64,000 nucleotides of DNA from Myxococcota bacterium (GTDB taxonomy: Bacteria; Myxococcota_A; UBA796; CAJQPC01). Position 1 is the first letter of the stretch. Each line of letters starts with the position of its first letter. The DNA is taken from the NCBI GenBank assembly GCA_036012755.1, contig DASCPX010000059.1:129870-193869 (forward strand), given 5' to 3'. This document shows positions 46,745 to 56,673 of the stretch, piece after piece. A program made the translations under genes and the position numbers. Below the pieces are notes generated by a model. That model ran no database searches and was not told where the DNA came from. It saw nothing but the letters and a program-made list of their open reading frames with translations.

Positions 46745-47856
46745 GCCGAGTCCCGGTCGAGGCCCGCGGCGAGACGACCTCGCTGCACGCGCGCAAGGTC
46801 CGCGCCGGCCAGCGCATGCTGATCGGCATCCCGGGGTGTGGTGTCGACGGGGAGACCCGAGCCCTCATCCGACAGCTCCAGCCTGCCGGCTTCATCCTCT
46901 TCTCTCGGAACGTCGAGGAGCCCGCGCAGGTCCGCGAGCTGAACCGCGAGCTGGCGTCGCTCGTCGCCGACGAGTACCCGGCGATCCTCTCCGTCGACCA
47001 GGAGGGCGGTCGGGTCCAGCGGGTGAAGGAGGGCGCCACGCGCTTCCCGCCGCTCCGCCACCTCGGCAACTGCCGGGACCTGGCGCTCACCCGGCGCTAC
47101 GCCGAGGCCCTCGCCGACGAGGTCGCCGCGATGGGCTTCAACCTCAACTGGGCTCCGGTCGCCGACATCGACAGCAACCCCGACAACCCGATCATCGGGG
47201 ATCGCAGCTTCGGGCGCCGTCCCGACGAGGTCGCCCAGCACGTGGCGGCCTACGTGCGTGCGACCCAGGCTCGTGGGGTGCTCGCCTGCGCAAAGCACTT
47301 TCCGGGTCACGGCGACACGGCGACCGACTCCCACCTGACGCTGCCGACCGTCGAGAAGGAGCCACCGGATCTGCGCCACTGCGAGCTCCAGCCCTTCATC
47401 GCTGCGGCGCGGGCCGAGGTCGCCACCATGATGACCGCGCACGTGCTGTTTCCCGGCTTCGACGAGGACAACCCGGCCACGATGAGTCGCCGGATCCTGC
47501 ACGGCGTCCTGCGCGAGGAGCTCGGCTATGGGGGCCTCATCGTCAGCGACGACCTGGAGATGAAGGCCGTGCGTGGGCGCTACGCTCTCGAGGTGCAGCT
47601 GGAGCGGGCCTGCACGGCCACGGTGGACCTCTTCCTCGTCTGCTCCGATCCCCGGCTCCAGGCAGAGGTCTTCGAGGACCTCGTTCGCTTGCAGGAGGAC
47701 GACCCGGCCCAGGACCGCCTGGCGACCGACAGCATGGAGCGCCTGGTGGCGACTCGGAGGCGCTACTTCCTGCGGCGCGCCGAGGCGCCACCGCTGTCGG
47801 TGCTGGACGGCTTCCGCGACCTCATCGGGACCGTCGCTCGGCGAGGTGGCGAGTGA
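46741..47856 (+). CDS. nagZ: Beta-N-acetylhexosaminidase (GH3)
   Basis: GFILFSRN, VDQEGGRVQR, KHFPGHGDTATDSH, SDDLEMKA. Confidence 0.93.
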   Translation: MSRVPVEARGETTSLHARKVRAGQRMLIGIPGCGVDGETRALIRQLQPAGFILFSRNVEEPAQVRELNRELASLVADEYPAILSVDQEGGRVQRVKEGATRFPPLRHLGNCRDLALTRRYAEALADEVAAMGFNLNWAPVADIDSNPDNPIIGDRSFGRRPDEVAQHVAAYVRATQARGVLACAKHFPGHGDTATDSHLTLPTVEKEPPDLRHCELQPFIAAARAEVATMMTAHVLFPGFDEDNPATMSRRILHGVLREELGYGGLIVSDDLEMKAVRGRYALEVQLERACTATVDLFLVCSDPRLQAEVFEDLVRLQEDDPAQDRLATDSMERLVATRRRYFLRRAEAPPLSVLDGFRDLIGTVARRGGE

Positions 47857-48350
47857 TGTGGCTGGTCGGGGCCGCGCTGGCCGCCTCTGATGGTCCGTCC
47901 TGCTCGGTGGAGGGGCTCGTCACGCCTCCAGCGGACGTGCAGGTCGCGTGGGTCTCGCCGGTGCGCAAGCGAGTCGGCGCCAACCGTGACGTGACCGTCG
48001 TCCGCGTCGAGCACCTCCGGGACTTCGTCCGGGCCGAGAAGGCGGACCAGACTCGGGTGCTCCAGGGTCTCGGCATGGTGGGCAAGCGCGCGGGCTGGCG
48101 CTCCCGCCGGCTCTACAAGGTGGTGATCTTCGAGGTCAGGGCAGAGGAGCTCTGCCGGCCGATCGATGGCATCGAGCCGGGCGCCGTGATCGGTGGAGCC
48201 AGGGTCTGCGACCGCTCGAAGGGCTGCGGTCGGAGCGAGGACAAGCTCGTGGGGGAGGAGGGGCTGGAGGTCTACGAGATCCCCTGGCGCGACGCGGCTC
48301 GTAGCGGGTTCTGCGTGGTGCCGATGGAGGTCTACGTCCAGGAGCTCTGA
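47856..48350 (+). CDS. Hypothetical secreted Cys-containing protein
   Basis: TGATG coupling to nagZ; short signal MWLVGAALA. Confidence 0.7.
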   Translation: MWLVGAALAASDGPSCSVEGLVTPPADVQVAWVSPVRKRVGANRDVTVVRVEHLRDFVRAEKADQTRVLQGLGMVGKRAGWRSRRLYKVVIFEVRAEELCRPIDGIEPGAVIGGARVCDRSKGCGRSEDKLVGEEGLEVYEIPWRDAARSGFCVVPMEVYVQEL

Positions 48351-48375
48351 GGGACCAGCGACAGGATCGCGGACC

Positions 48376-49211
48376 ATGGACCGTCCGCGCCTCACGGCCC
48401 TGGCCATTCCCGGCGCCATTCACCTCGTCCGCGGTGGCCTGGTGTGCCAGGACGCCATTCGCACCTGGCAGGGCATGGAGGGCCAGGTCATCGCCATCGC
48501 CGATGGCCACGGGCACCAGCGCTACACCCACAGCGACGTGGGCGCCAGGCTCGCCTGCGAGGTGGGGATCGACGCGGGCCGCATGGCCCTGGCCCGCCTC
48601 CGGGGGGTGAAGGGACCGAGCGAAACCGTGCTCGCGATGCTGGAGCCGGAGTACTGCCGCTTCGTGGCCTACGAGTGGAACCGCAGGGTGAAGCACCACA
48701 TTGCCATGCGGCATCGCCTGGAGCAGGGCAGCCCCTGGCCCGGCGCCATGGACGGAGACCGGGAGATCGGGGTGCGGGCCGATGGCTCTACGCTCTTGTC
48801 CCTGGTCCTCTCGGAGCACTGGGCCCTGTGGTTCCAGCTCGGGACGGCGCTTGCATCCACGTCGAGGACGCCCGCACGCGCTGGGTCTTCCCGGTCCCGG
48901 CGAAGAGGGACCGCCAGGCCACCTACAGCCTGGCGATGAGGGGCTGTCTCGAGCACATGCAGATGGACCTCACGAGCCTCGCCGAGCGCCCTCTGCAGCT
49001 GGGGCTGTTGACCACCGACGGCCTCGTCGACCAGTACCGTGATCCCATTCGCTTCGAAGAGGACTGGGGCAGCGGGCTGCTGCACCACATCACGCGCCGC
49101 GGCTGGGTCCCCGTGATCCGCGACCTGCCTCGTCGCTTGGGCTTGATGGCACGGACCGGCGACGACTGCAGCCTGGCGCTCGCCTGGATCCCCGACTTCG
49201 CTGAGGAGTAG
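48376..49211 (+). pseudogene. PP2C-like protein phosphatase with single-base frameshift
   Basis: G..H....CQDA, IADGHG, SDVGAR, STLL, QLG|DG split at 48841-48843; TTDGL and GDDCS continue in the second frame. Confidence 0.85.
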
Positions 49212-49214
49212 GCG

Positions 49215-50822
49215 CTACAGCGTCAGCTCGGCTGCGACCTTCACCGCGCGGTCGGTGCTGCGCTCGAAGTGCTCCCCGAGCAGCTCTCTCCGGGCGCAGT
49301 GGGCGAGCTCGGTGTCGCTCGCTTCGAGCTTGCCGATCTCGGCGACGTGGCCGTCCGGGCCGATGGTGACGTGGAAGCGCACGATGCCCTCGCCGCAGGC
49401 GGACAGCGCCTCGCGCTTGCCGGCGATCTGTTCGATGAGCGCTGCGTGTTCGGGGTCGTCGGCGCCCAGGACGACAGGGGCCGTCTCTCCGGGCATGGGC
49501 ACGTAGCCGAGGTGGACGGCCGCGCCGACGGCCAGCACGACCATCGAACAGAGGAGCAGCAGGCCCATGGCCGCGCGGAGCAGTCCGCCCCTCTTCGGGG
49601 GAGGGTCCGCCTCGTCTACGCCATCGAGGGCATCGAGGGTGCCGCCCACGTCCGTCGGCGTGGAGTCCTCGGTGGGTGTGGGCAGTGGCCTGTTCTTCAG
49701 CTCCTTGCTGGCCTCGTCCGTGGACAACAGCCCCTCGAAGGTGTCGCTGGTCTTCACCCCGTCCGCGACCGCGTGCGGACCGGTGAAGCTCTCGGGGAGG
49801 ACCGTGGACCTCGAGGGGAGGGGGATCCCGCGGCCCTCGGCGACGCAGTCGAGCATGCGACGAGCCTCTCCGATGGAGACGCGGTTTCCGGACTCGTAGC
49901 CCATCGTCGCCCTGAGGAAGTGGTTGAAGCCCTCGAGCACGAGGGGGTCTTCGCCCTCCAGCTCGCAGTTGGGGGGCAGGAGCTCCTTCAGCTCTTCGAG
50001 CACCGCGGCCGGGTCGCCGAGATCGATGTCCTTGAGGATCGCGCGGAAGGTGACGCAGAACAGCAGGACCGCCGCCAGGGAGTAGACGTCCGCGGCGGGG
50101 GTGGGTGAGATGCCCTCGAACTGCTCCGGGGCGGCGTACTGCGGAGTGCCCACGAAGGCGCCGACCCGCGTGAGGCGGGAGCCGACCCCGCCGTAGACCT
50201 TGGCTATGCCGAAGTCCGTCAGTCGGGTCTGGGGAATCTCGCCCGCCCCGACCTCCGCCGCGAGCAGGATGTTCTCTGGCTTCAGGTCGCGGTGGATCAC
50301 GCCGCGCTGGTGCGCCATCTCCAGCGCCGAGCAGAGCTGGACCCCCATCGCCGCGACCTCGCGGGGCTTCATCCGGCCCACGCGGCGGAGGTGGTCCAGC
50401 AGGCTTCCGCCGTCTTCGAAGCGCGTCACGAGGTAGGGCGAGTGCCCGGCCCGCTGTACGAAGCCCGCGATGTGGACGATGTTCGGGTGCGACAGATCCA
50501 GCAGGATGTTGGCCTCTGTCGCGAGCCGCCTCAGGTAGGAGCCCTGGTCGCGCTGGGCGTAGAGCACCTTGATGGCGAGCGCTGGCCCCTCCGGCTCGTC
50601 GTTCTCTCCGAGCTCCCTCGCGAGGTAGGTGACGCCGGCGCCTCCGATGGCGAGGAGCTTGTCGATCCGGTAGTGCCGATCCAACACGTCGCCGGTGTCG
50701 AGCAGGAGTCCCCACCCTGCCTCTGGCTCATGGCAGCGGCAGCCAAGGTTCGGGCAGCGGTCGAAGGACTCCGTGAACGTTGTCAGACAGCGGCTGCAGT
50801 ATCGGGTGCGTGGCCCATCCAT
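49215..50822 (-). CDS. Membrane Ser/Thr protein kinase with N-terminal Zn ribbon
   Basis: CSRC..CPNLGC; GGAGVTY, AIK, HRDLKPEN, DFG, GTPQYAAPE; TM helix then a small TonB-C-like domain. Start 50822 (alternative 50831). Confidence 0.93.
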   Translation of the reverse strand: MDGPRTRYCSRCLTTFTESFDRCPNLGCRCHEPEAGWGLLLDTGDVLDRHYRIDKLLAIGGAGVTYLARELGENDEPEGPALAIKVLYAQRDQGSYLRRLATEANILLDLSHPNIVHIAGFVQRAGHSPYLVTRFEDGGSLLDHLRRVGRMKPREVAAMGVQLCSALEMAHQRGVIHRDLKPENILLAAEVGAGEIPQTRLTDFGIAKVYGGVGSRLTRVGAFVGTPQYAAPEQFEGISPTPAADVYSLAAVLLFCVTFRAILKDIDLGDPAAVLEELKELLPPNCELEGEDPLVLEGFNHFLRATMGYESGNRVSIGEARRMLDCVAEGRGIPLPSRSTVLPESFTGPHAVADGVKTSDTFEGLLSTDEASKELKNRPLPTPTEDSTPTDVGGTLDALDGVDEADPPPKRGGLLRAAMGLLLLCSMVVLAVGAAVHLGYVPMPGETAPVVLGADDPEHAALIEQIAGKREALSACGEGIVRFHVTIGPDGHVAEIGKLEASDTELAHCARRELLGEHFERSTDRAVKVAAELTL

Positions 50823-51005
50823 TTGCTGCATCTTATGGCGTTGTGCGCGAGAGGGCTTGGCATGGACTTCGGCGTGCTTCGCGAGACCTCCCGGCCGCCG
50901 ACGCTGGAGACTCCCATCTACGTCGGGCGCGGCTCCCTCCGACAGAGGACAACTGGTTCTCCGCGCAACGGTGGCGAATCGCTGGCGAAGGGCTCGCGCC
51001 GTGCC

Positions 51006-51578
51006 CTACTCCTTGGGGCCGTTGAGCTCGATCTCGATCTCGATCGCCACCTCGTCGCCGACCGCGAGCCCGCCGGCGTCGAGGGTCTTGTTCCACGACA
51101 TGCCGAAGTCCTGGCGGTCGATCGTCGCGGCCGCAGACCCGCCTCGCTTGTGGTTGCCCCAGGGATCGATGATCTCGTCGGAGATGGGCGAGAAGTGGAA
51201 GGTGGTCTCCTTCGTCACTCCGTGGAGGGTGAGATCGCCGACGACGTCGAAGCTCCCGTCCTTTCCGATGCCGTCGACCCTCGTCGAGGTGAAGGTGGCC
51301 TCGGGGAACTGCACGACGTCGAAGAAGTCATCGCCGCGGAGGTGGTCGTCGCGCTTGGCATCACGCGTGTCCAGAGAGCCCACCCCGACAGTGGCGGTGA
51401 CGGTCGTGGCCGAGAGGTCGTCCGGGTCGTAGACGACGGTCCCGCTGACCTCGCCGAACTCCCCTCGGACCGAGCTGACGGTCATGTGGGTGACCTTGAA
51501 GCCCACGTAGGTGTGGGAGGAGTCGATGGTGTAGGTCTCGGCGGCGGCGAGGTGGGACAGCAGAATCAGCGACATCAC
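51006..51578 (-). CDS. yceI: YceI family polyisoprenoid-binding protein
   Basis: YTIDSSHT.VGF.V.H, RDDHLR..DFF, GDLTLHGVTK, DPWGN, IDRQDFG. Confidence 0.92.
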   Translation of the reverse strand: MMSLILLSHLAAAETYTIDSSHTYVGFKVTHMTVSSVRGEFGEVSGTVVYDPDDLSATTVTATVGVGSLDTRDAKRDDHLRGDDFFDVVQFPEATFTSTRVDGIGKDGSFDVVGDLTLHGVTKETTFHFSPISDEIIDPWGNHKRGGSAAATIDRQDFGMSWNKTLDAGGLAVGDEVAIEIEIELNGPKE

Positions 51579-52486
51579 TCGAAGTCCTCTGGAACAAGTG
51601 TGTCGTCGTAGCTATCCGGATCTCCGAGCACTTCGTACTCCGCGACTTCCGGGTCACTGTGTGTCACGGCTGGCTCGTCGACGCGGACGACCACCACCGT
51701 CACGTTGTCGTCCGAGCCGCTGGCCAGGGCTCGCTCCATCAGGGCGGTCGCGCTCGCCTGGGGCTCTGGGGTCTCGCGGAGTGCGTCGCCGATGCGGTGG
51801 TTCTCCACGGCTCCGGAGAGCCCATCGCTGCACAACAACAGGCGGTCGCCGGAGCGCAGGTTGAGGGTCCCAGTGTCCGTGCCGGCGTCGATGCGGATGC
51901 CCTGGTCGTCCCCGAATCCGCGGCTGCCGTAGACGAAGTTCTGGGCCAGGAAGGGGCCGTCGGAGTCCACCGCGCGACCGTCGCGGCGTGCGAACTCGGC
52001 GCGGGTGTGATCCGTCGTCACCTGGACCAGCGTGCCGTCTCGGAACAGGTAGAGCCGGGAGTCGCCCACGTGGCACCAGGCTGCCTTGCCGTCGAGGATC
52101 CAGATCACCGTCAGCGTGGTGCCCATCTTCACGGGCCCCAGCTCCGCCACCTTGGCGTGCAGGCGGCGGTGGGCGTCCAGCACGAAGCGATGCAGGTGGA
52201 GCTCGGGCTCGGCGGTCGGGCCGCGCTTGAAGAGCCTGGCCATCGCCCGGACCGCGGCGCTGGAGGCGAGGTCGCCGTCCTCGTGCCCGCCCATGCCGTC
52301 GGCCACGGCGATCAGGATCCCGAAGGAGTCGACCCCTTCGACAGCCTCGTCGTCGCCGCTGCGGTAGCGCGCCTCGGCCCCCTGGCAGACGAGGTAGTTG
52401 TCCTCGTTGCGGGCCCGTCCGCCACGCTTCGGACCGATGCCTCGCGTGCAAACGACTCCGACGGTGACGCGGTCCTCAGTCGGCAC
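51575..52486 (-). CDS. PP2C family Ser/Thr phosphatase (PstP/Stp1-like)
   Basis: RARNEDN, VADGMGGH, MGTT, HVGDSRLY, LCSDGL, DNVTVVV. Confidence 0.93.
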   Translation of the reverse strand: MPTEDRVTVGVVCTRGIGPKRGGRARNEDNYLVCQGAEARYRSGDDEAVEGVDSFGILIAVADGMGGHEDGDLASSAAVRAMARLFKRGPTAEPELHLHRFVLDAHRRLHAKVAELGPVKMGTTLTVIWILDGKAAWCHVGDSRLYLFRDGTLVQVTTDHTRAEFARRDGRAVDSDGPFLAQNFVYGSRGFGDDQGIRIDAGTDTGTLNLRSGDRLLLCSDGLSGAVENHRIGDALRETPEPQASATALMERALASGSDDNVTVVVVRVDEPAVTHSDPEVAEYEVLGDPDSYDDTLVPEDFE

Positions 52487-53489
52487 TCGCGCTGGGCCTC
52501 CGCTCCGTCTCCAACAGGCCCCCATCGTAGACGATCGCCCGTCTCAGGTCCGCGCCCGCGGGAACGCTGCAGCCGTCCCAGACAACCGATTCGCGTACCC
52601 GTGCCCCTGGGCCGATGTGCGCGCCAGGGCCGATGATGGCGCCGGGCCCGAGCTGACAACCGGGCTCCAGCACGGCTCCCGGGCCGATCCAGACGCTGCC
52701 TGCGATCTGGACTCCGGAGGGGATCGTTCCCTTCTGGGCTCCCGGGCGTCTGGCGATCGATGCCCGTGACATGGGATCGAGCGGGAGCCTCAGGGTGCCC
52801 TCGCAGGCGAGCAGGTTTGCGCGCAGGTAGGCCTCTGGCGTGCCGACGTCGAACCACGCGCCCCGGTGGAGTCTCGCCGCGACCCGTCGCTCTGGCACCG
52901 CCGAGACATAGGCCTGCCGCACGATGCAGCTCTCTCCGGTGGCCGGGAGGCGCTCGACGAGCTCGTGGGTCAGGGCGTGGACTCCGGTGAAGTGGGTCCC
53001 CGAGACCGGCTCTCCGTCTGCGTGGGCGAGCCCGACGAGGTCGACGACAGTGCCGGTGGCATCTGCGCGCACCTCGCCGTAGCGGTCCGTTGGCCCCTTC
53101 TCTCGGAGCGCCATGCAGGCAAGGTCCTGGTCTCCGAGGTCCAGCAGACCGGTGAGGTCCACGTCGGAGAGGATGTCTCCATTGACCACGACGAATGGAT
53201 CGGCGAGCTGGGGCAGCGCCAGCCTCAGCCCTCCGCCGGTGCCGAGGATCTCCGGGACCTCGACCGAGACGTGCAGATCGAGGTGGTGGTCCTCGGCCCA
53301 GCTCTCGATCTGCTCGGGGAGGTGATGCGCGTTGACGACCGCGGCCTCGATCCCGTGCGTCACCAGGAGCGCCGCGGCGTGGTCGAGCATCGGGACGCCG
53401 CAGACCGGGGTCAGGGGCTTCGGGCGGTGGTTGGTGAGGGGTCGCAGGCGGGTCCCGAAACCCGCCGCGAGGAGGAATCCGCGCCGCAC
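52476..53489 (-). CDS. NDP-sugar pyrophosphorylase family nucleotidyltransferase with left-handed beta-helix tail
   Basis: LAAGFGTRLRPLT..PKPL, LGTGGG, NGDILSD, WFDVGTP, IGPGA hexapeptides. Confidence 0.9.
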   Translation of the reverse strand: MRRGFLLAAGFGTRLRPLTNHRPKPLTPVCGVPMLDHAAALLVTHGIEAAVVNAHHLPEQIESWAEDHHLDLHVSVEVPEILGTGGGLRLALPQLADPFVVVNGDILSDVDLTGLLDLGDQDLACMALREKGPTDRYGEVRADATGTVVDLVGLAHADGEPVSGTHFTGVHALTHELVERLPATGESCIVRQAYVSAVPERRVAARLHRGAWFDVGTPEAYLRANLLACEGTLRLPLDPMSRASIARRPGAQKGTIPSGVQIAGSVWIGPGAVLEPGCQLGPGAIIGPGAHIGPGARVRESVVWDGCSVPAGADLRRAIVYDGGLLETERRPSASAD

Positions 53490-53498
53490 CAGCGGACC

Positions 53499-54218
53499 CT
53501 ACCAGAAGGGTCCCGTGCCTGTTCCGTGGTCCACGATCCCGAGCCTCTCTGCCAGGCGGCGCCTGCCTGATCTGCGGTGGTAGTGGTAGTGGATGGCCTC
53601 CTCCGGGTACCTCTGTGCGGAGCCCTCGGGGCAGGCCTCTCTGGAGTGGCAGGTGGCGCGACACTGCTCGCTCTCGTGGTGGAAGCGGCCGCACGCACGG
53701 ATGTCGAAGGGGATGCCCACGGCGTCGACCGGACAGGCGACCCGGCAGGGCTCGGGGCAGGCTCCACAGGGGCCCTCTCCGGCCAGCGCTCCGCTGGGCT
53801 CCAGCGCCTCTGTCGTGAGGATCGCGACCCGAAGACCCAGCCACACCCCGAAGCGTGGGTGCATCAGCAGGCCGAGCTTCGAGTGCCAGCCGAGGCCAGC
53901 CTCCAGCGCCACCAGCCGGAAGTCGAGGAAGGTCGTCTCGTCCCCCGCCGCTCGCACGACGCGGCAGCCGGGCAGCTCGAGCGCCTCGACCCGTCGGCGC
54001 ACGAAGGCATCCAGCGGGTGGGCCTCGTCCGCGAGGTGCTGGGGGTGCTCGGCCAGCTCGACGACGAAGGCCCTCCAGAGATCCGGCCCTCCGCTCCCGA
54101 AGACCACGACGCTCCGGCAGCCCGGCAGCAGCGCCTGGTGCTCACGTCCCGGGGCGACCCCCCAGGCGTTCAGGCCGATCGCGCCGAGCTCCTCGATCGC
54201 CCGAGAGAGCCAGCTCAC
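53499..54218 (-). CDS. Fe-S protein of the QueG/CblC-like cobalamin-binding superfamily
   Basis: HPLD, AGLG..S.LGLLMHPRFG.W..LR, PCGAC..PC..ACPVDA, C..R.ACP.G. Confidence 0.65.
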   Translation of the reverse strand: MSWLSRAIEELGAIGLNAWGVAPGREHQALLPGCRSVVVFGSGGPDLWRAFVVELAEHPQHLADEAHPLDAFVRRRVEALELPGCRVVRAAGDETTFLDFRLVALEAGLGWHSKLGLLMHPRFGVWLGLRVAILTTEALEPSGALAGEGPCGACPEPCRVACPVDAVGIPFDIRACGRFHHESEQCRATCHSREACPEGSAQRYPEEAIHYHYHRRSGRRRLAERLGIVDHGTGTGPFW

Positions 54219-54244
54219 GACGACGGGACCAGGTTCATGGGGCC

Positions 54245-56623
54245 TCAGAGGAGATGGAGGGGGTCGACATCGACATGTACCCGGACACCTCGCGCCTTGC
54301 GCGCCCCGAAGTCGGCTGCCTTCAGCCAGCTTCGCCAGGCGGTGTCCTCCTGGCCCTTGAGGAGGATCTGGAAGCGCCAGCGCCCGACCAGTCGGGGGAG
54401 CGCCGCGATCGCCGGCCCCAGGACCCGGATGAGCTCGCCGTCGGCGGTCGCGCGGAGGCGCCGCTGCAGGTCCCAGGCCACGTCCAGGGCTGCCTGGCGG
54501 TTCGGGCTCTCGATGCGCAGCAGCGCTAGGCGAGAGCAGGGCGGGTAGCGCAGCAGCTGTCGCGTTCGCAGGGTCTCTGTGGCGAAGCGTTCGTAGTCGC
54601 CCAGCTGTTGGAAGACGGGGTGCTTGGGCTGGCGGGTCTGGACCAGCACCCGACCGGGGACGTCGCCTCTACCGGCGCGCCCCGCGAGCTGGGTGATCAG
54701 CGCGAAGCAGCGCTCGCCGCTGCGGAAGTCGGGCATGGCGAGCACGTGATCTGCGCCTAGGACCGCGGCCACGTGCACGTCCGGGAAGTCATGGCCCTTC
54801 GCCACGATCTGGGTGCCGACGAGCAGGCGCGCCCGACCCTCGCGGAAGTCCTCGAGGATGCGGTGGTGGCTGCCTCGGACAGAGGTCGTGTCGGCGTCCA
54901 TCCGCGCCACCGGGATGTCGGGGAAGAGCTCTGCGAGGACCTCTTCGACGCGCTCGGTGCCCTTTCCGAGGACATCCAGGGTGCCGCTGCAAGCCGGACA
55001 GCTGCGCGGCATGTTCCGGTGGAAGCCGCAGTAGTGGCAGATCAGGGTCCGGTGGCGCTGGTGCAGGACGAGGGAGACCCCGCAGGAGGGACAGCTGAAG
55101 CTCGCGCCGCAGTCCACGCACTCGACCAGCGTCGCGTAGCCCCGGCGGTTGTAGAGCACGATGGCCTTGCCGCCGTTGGCGAAGGCCGTCTGCAGCGCGT
55201 CCTTGGTGACCTCTGCCACCAGCGGGACCCGCCCGTCGGTGTCTCGGGGTTCGTCGTTGAGATTGACGAGCTCGATGTCGGGGACTGGCCTGGGCGTTGG
55301 CCGCTCCAAGAGCTGGATGTGGCCGTAGCGGCCAGTCTGCGCGTTGTGCCAGGTCTCGAGACAGGGGGTCGCCGAGCCCAGCACCACCGGGCAGCCGGCG
55401 AGGTGGCCCCTGACCACGGCCATGTCCCTCGCGGAGTAGCGCACGCCGTCGTCCTGCTTGTAGGAGCCGTCGTGCTCCTCGTCGACGACGATGAGACCAA
55501 GGTCTCGGAAGGGGGCGAACAGCGCGCTGCGTGCACCGACGGCGACCATGGCCTCTCCGGCCCGGATGCGCCTCCACTCTCGCAGGCGCTGGGCGCCGGT
55601 CAGGCCGGAGTGCAGCACCGCGATGGCATCCCCGAAGCGCGCCCGGAAGCGCCCGGTCAACAGCGGCGTCAGGCCGATCTCCGGGACCAGCACGAGGACC
55701 TGCCGTCCCCCGTCGAGGACCTCTGCCGCCGCCCGCAGGTAGACCTCTGTCTTGCCCGAGCCGGTGACGCCGTGGAGCAGGTGCGTCCTCGCTTCTCGCA
55801 GCGCCTCGACGGCGCTCTGTTGAGCGGGGGTGAGGACCGGCGGCTCCCTGGTCTCGGGGAGCTCGCCGATGACCACCGGGTCCCGGCGCTCCCGCAGCTC
55901 CAGGGCCACGTACCCGCTCTCCACGAGCTTCTTGATCGCGGTCCGAGCGTAGGGCCCCTGCTCCGCGGCGATCCGAGCCACCGGGAGCTCGCCTTCGGCC
56001 AGGGCGTCGACCACGGCCCCCTGGCGAGCCCCCAGCCGACCCTCTGGCCTGGCCAGCAGGACCGCGACCTTGATCTCTCCGCCGGGGCCTCCCACCTCTT
56101 CCTGCTCGACGTCGACGAAGCCCTTGCGCTTGAGCCGCTCGAGGGCTCGGAGGGTGGCGGCGGGCTCGAGCAGCTCGCGCAGGCGCCGCTGGAGACCGCG
56201 CCTGGTCAGGCCTGGCCGGTCGATCACCTCTCGCATCAGCTCCGCGTCGTCGCCGTCGAGCTCGCCGACGGCAAGGGCCTCGACCCCCTCGTTGGAGGGG
56301 CGGTGGACCGAGCGCGTGTGCGCCTCCATGGCCGTGGGGAGAGCGGTTTGGATGACCTCGCCCAGGCCCGAGCGGTAGTACTCGGCGATCCACCGGTACA
56401 GGCGCAGCTGGTCCGCGTTGAAGGCGGGCTCGGGGTCCAACAGGCGGTCGATTGGCTTCAGTTTCTGGCCGGGGCTCGCCTGGGCGGGGCCGAGCACGTA
56501 GCCAGTGATCCTGCGGCTCCCGAAGGGCACCAGGACCGCGTGGCCGAGGCGCAGGTCGAGGTCGCTGCGGTATGTGAAGGTGCCAGGCACCGGGACGGCC
56601 ACCGCGCAGTCGTAGTGCCGCAT
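54245..56623 (-). CDS. priA: Primosomal protein N' helicase
   Basis: GVTGSGKTEVY, LVPEIGLT, DEEHD.SYKQ, NRRGY, four CxxC, AKGHDFP, QLAGRAGR. Confidence 0.97.
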   Translation of the reverse strand: MRHYDCAVAVPVPGTFTYRSDLDLRLGHAVLVPFGSRRITGYVLGPAQASPGQKLKPIDRLLDPEPAFNADQLRLYRWIAEYYRSGLGEVIQTALPTAMEAHTRSVHRPSNEGVEALAVGELDGDDAELMREVIDRPGLTRRGLQRRLRELLEPAATLRALERLKRKGFVDVEQEEVGGPGGEIKVAVLLARPEGRLGARQGAVVDALAEGELPVARIAAEQGPYARTAIKKLVESGYVALELRERRDPVVIGELPETREPPVLTPAQQSAVEALREARTHLLHGVTGSGKTEVYLRAAAEVLDGGRQVLVLVPEIGLTPLLTGRFRARFGDAIAVLHSGLTGAQRLREWRRIRAGEAMVAVGARSALFAPFRDLGLIVVDEEHDGSYKQDDGVRYSARDMAVVRGHLAGCPVVLGSATPCLETWHNAQTGRYGHIQLLERPTPRPVPDIELVNLNDEPRDTDGRVPLVAEVTKDALQTAFANGGKAIVLYNRRGYATLVECVDCGASFSCPSCGVSLVLHQRHRTLICHYCGFHRNMPRSCPACSGTLDVLGKGTERVEEVLAELFPDIPVARMDADTTSVRGSHHRILEDFREGRARLLVGTQIVAKGHDFPDVHVAAVLGADHVLAMPDFRSGERCFALITQLAGRAGRGDVPGRVLVQTRQPKHPVFQQLGDYERFATETLRTRQLLRYPPCSRLALLRIESPNRQAALDVAWDLQRRLRATADGELIRVLGPAIAALPRLVGRWRFQILLKGQEDTAWRSWLKAADFGARKARGVRVHVDVDPLHLL

Positions 56624-56631
56624 CGAGGGGC

Positions 56632-56673
56632 TCAGTCGTCCCCAGCAAACGCAGTGCCGACCAGCGGGATCAC
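56632..56673 (-). other. 13-codon mini-ORF MIPLVGTAFAGDD, resembling a bare signal peptide
   Basis: GTG overlaps the galU stop (GTGA) and the ORF fills most of the galU-priA gap. Confidence 0.4.

Noticed and set aside
52476..53489. Assigning murU or manC to the nucleotidyltransferase
   Set aside because: Substrate cannot be told from motifs; the beta-helix tail argues against a typical short MurU.
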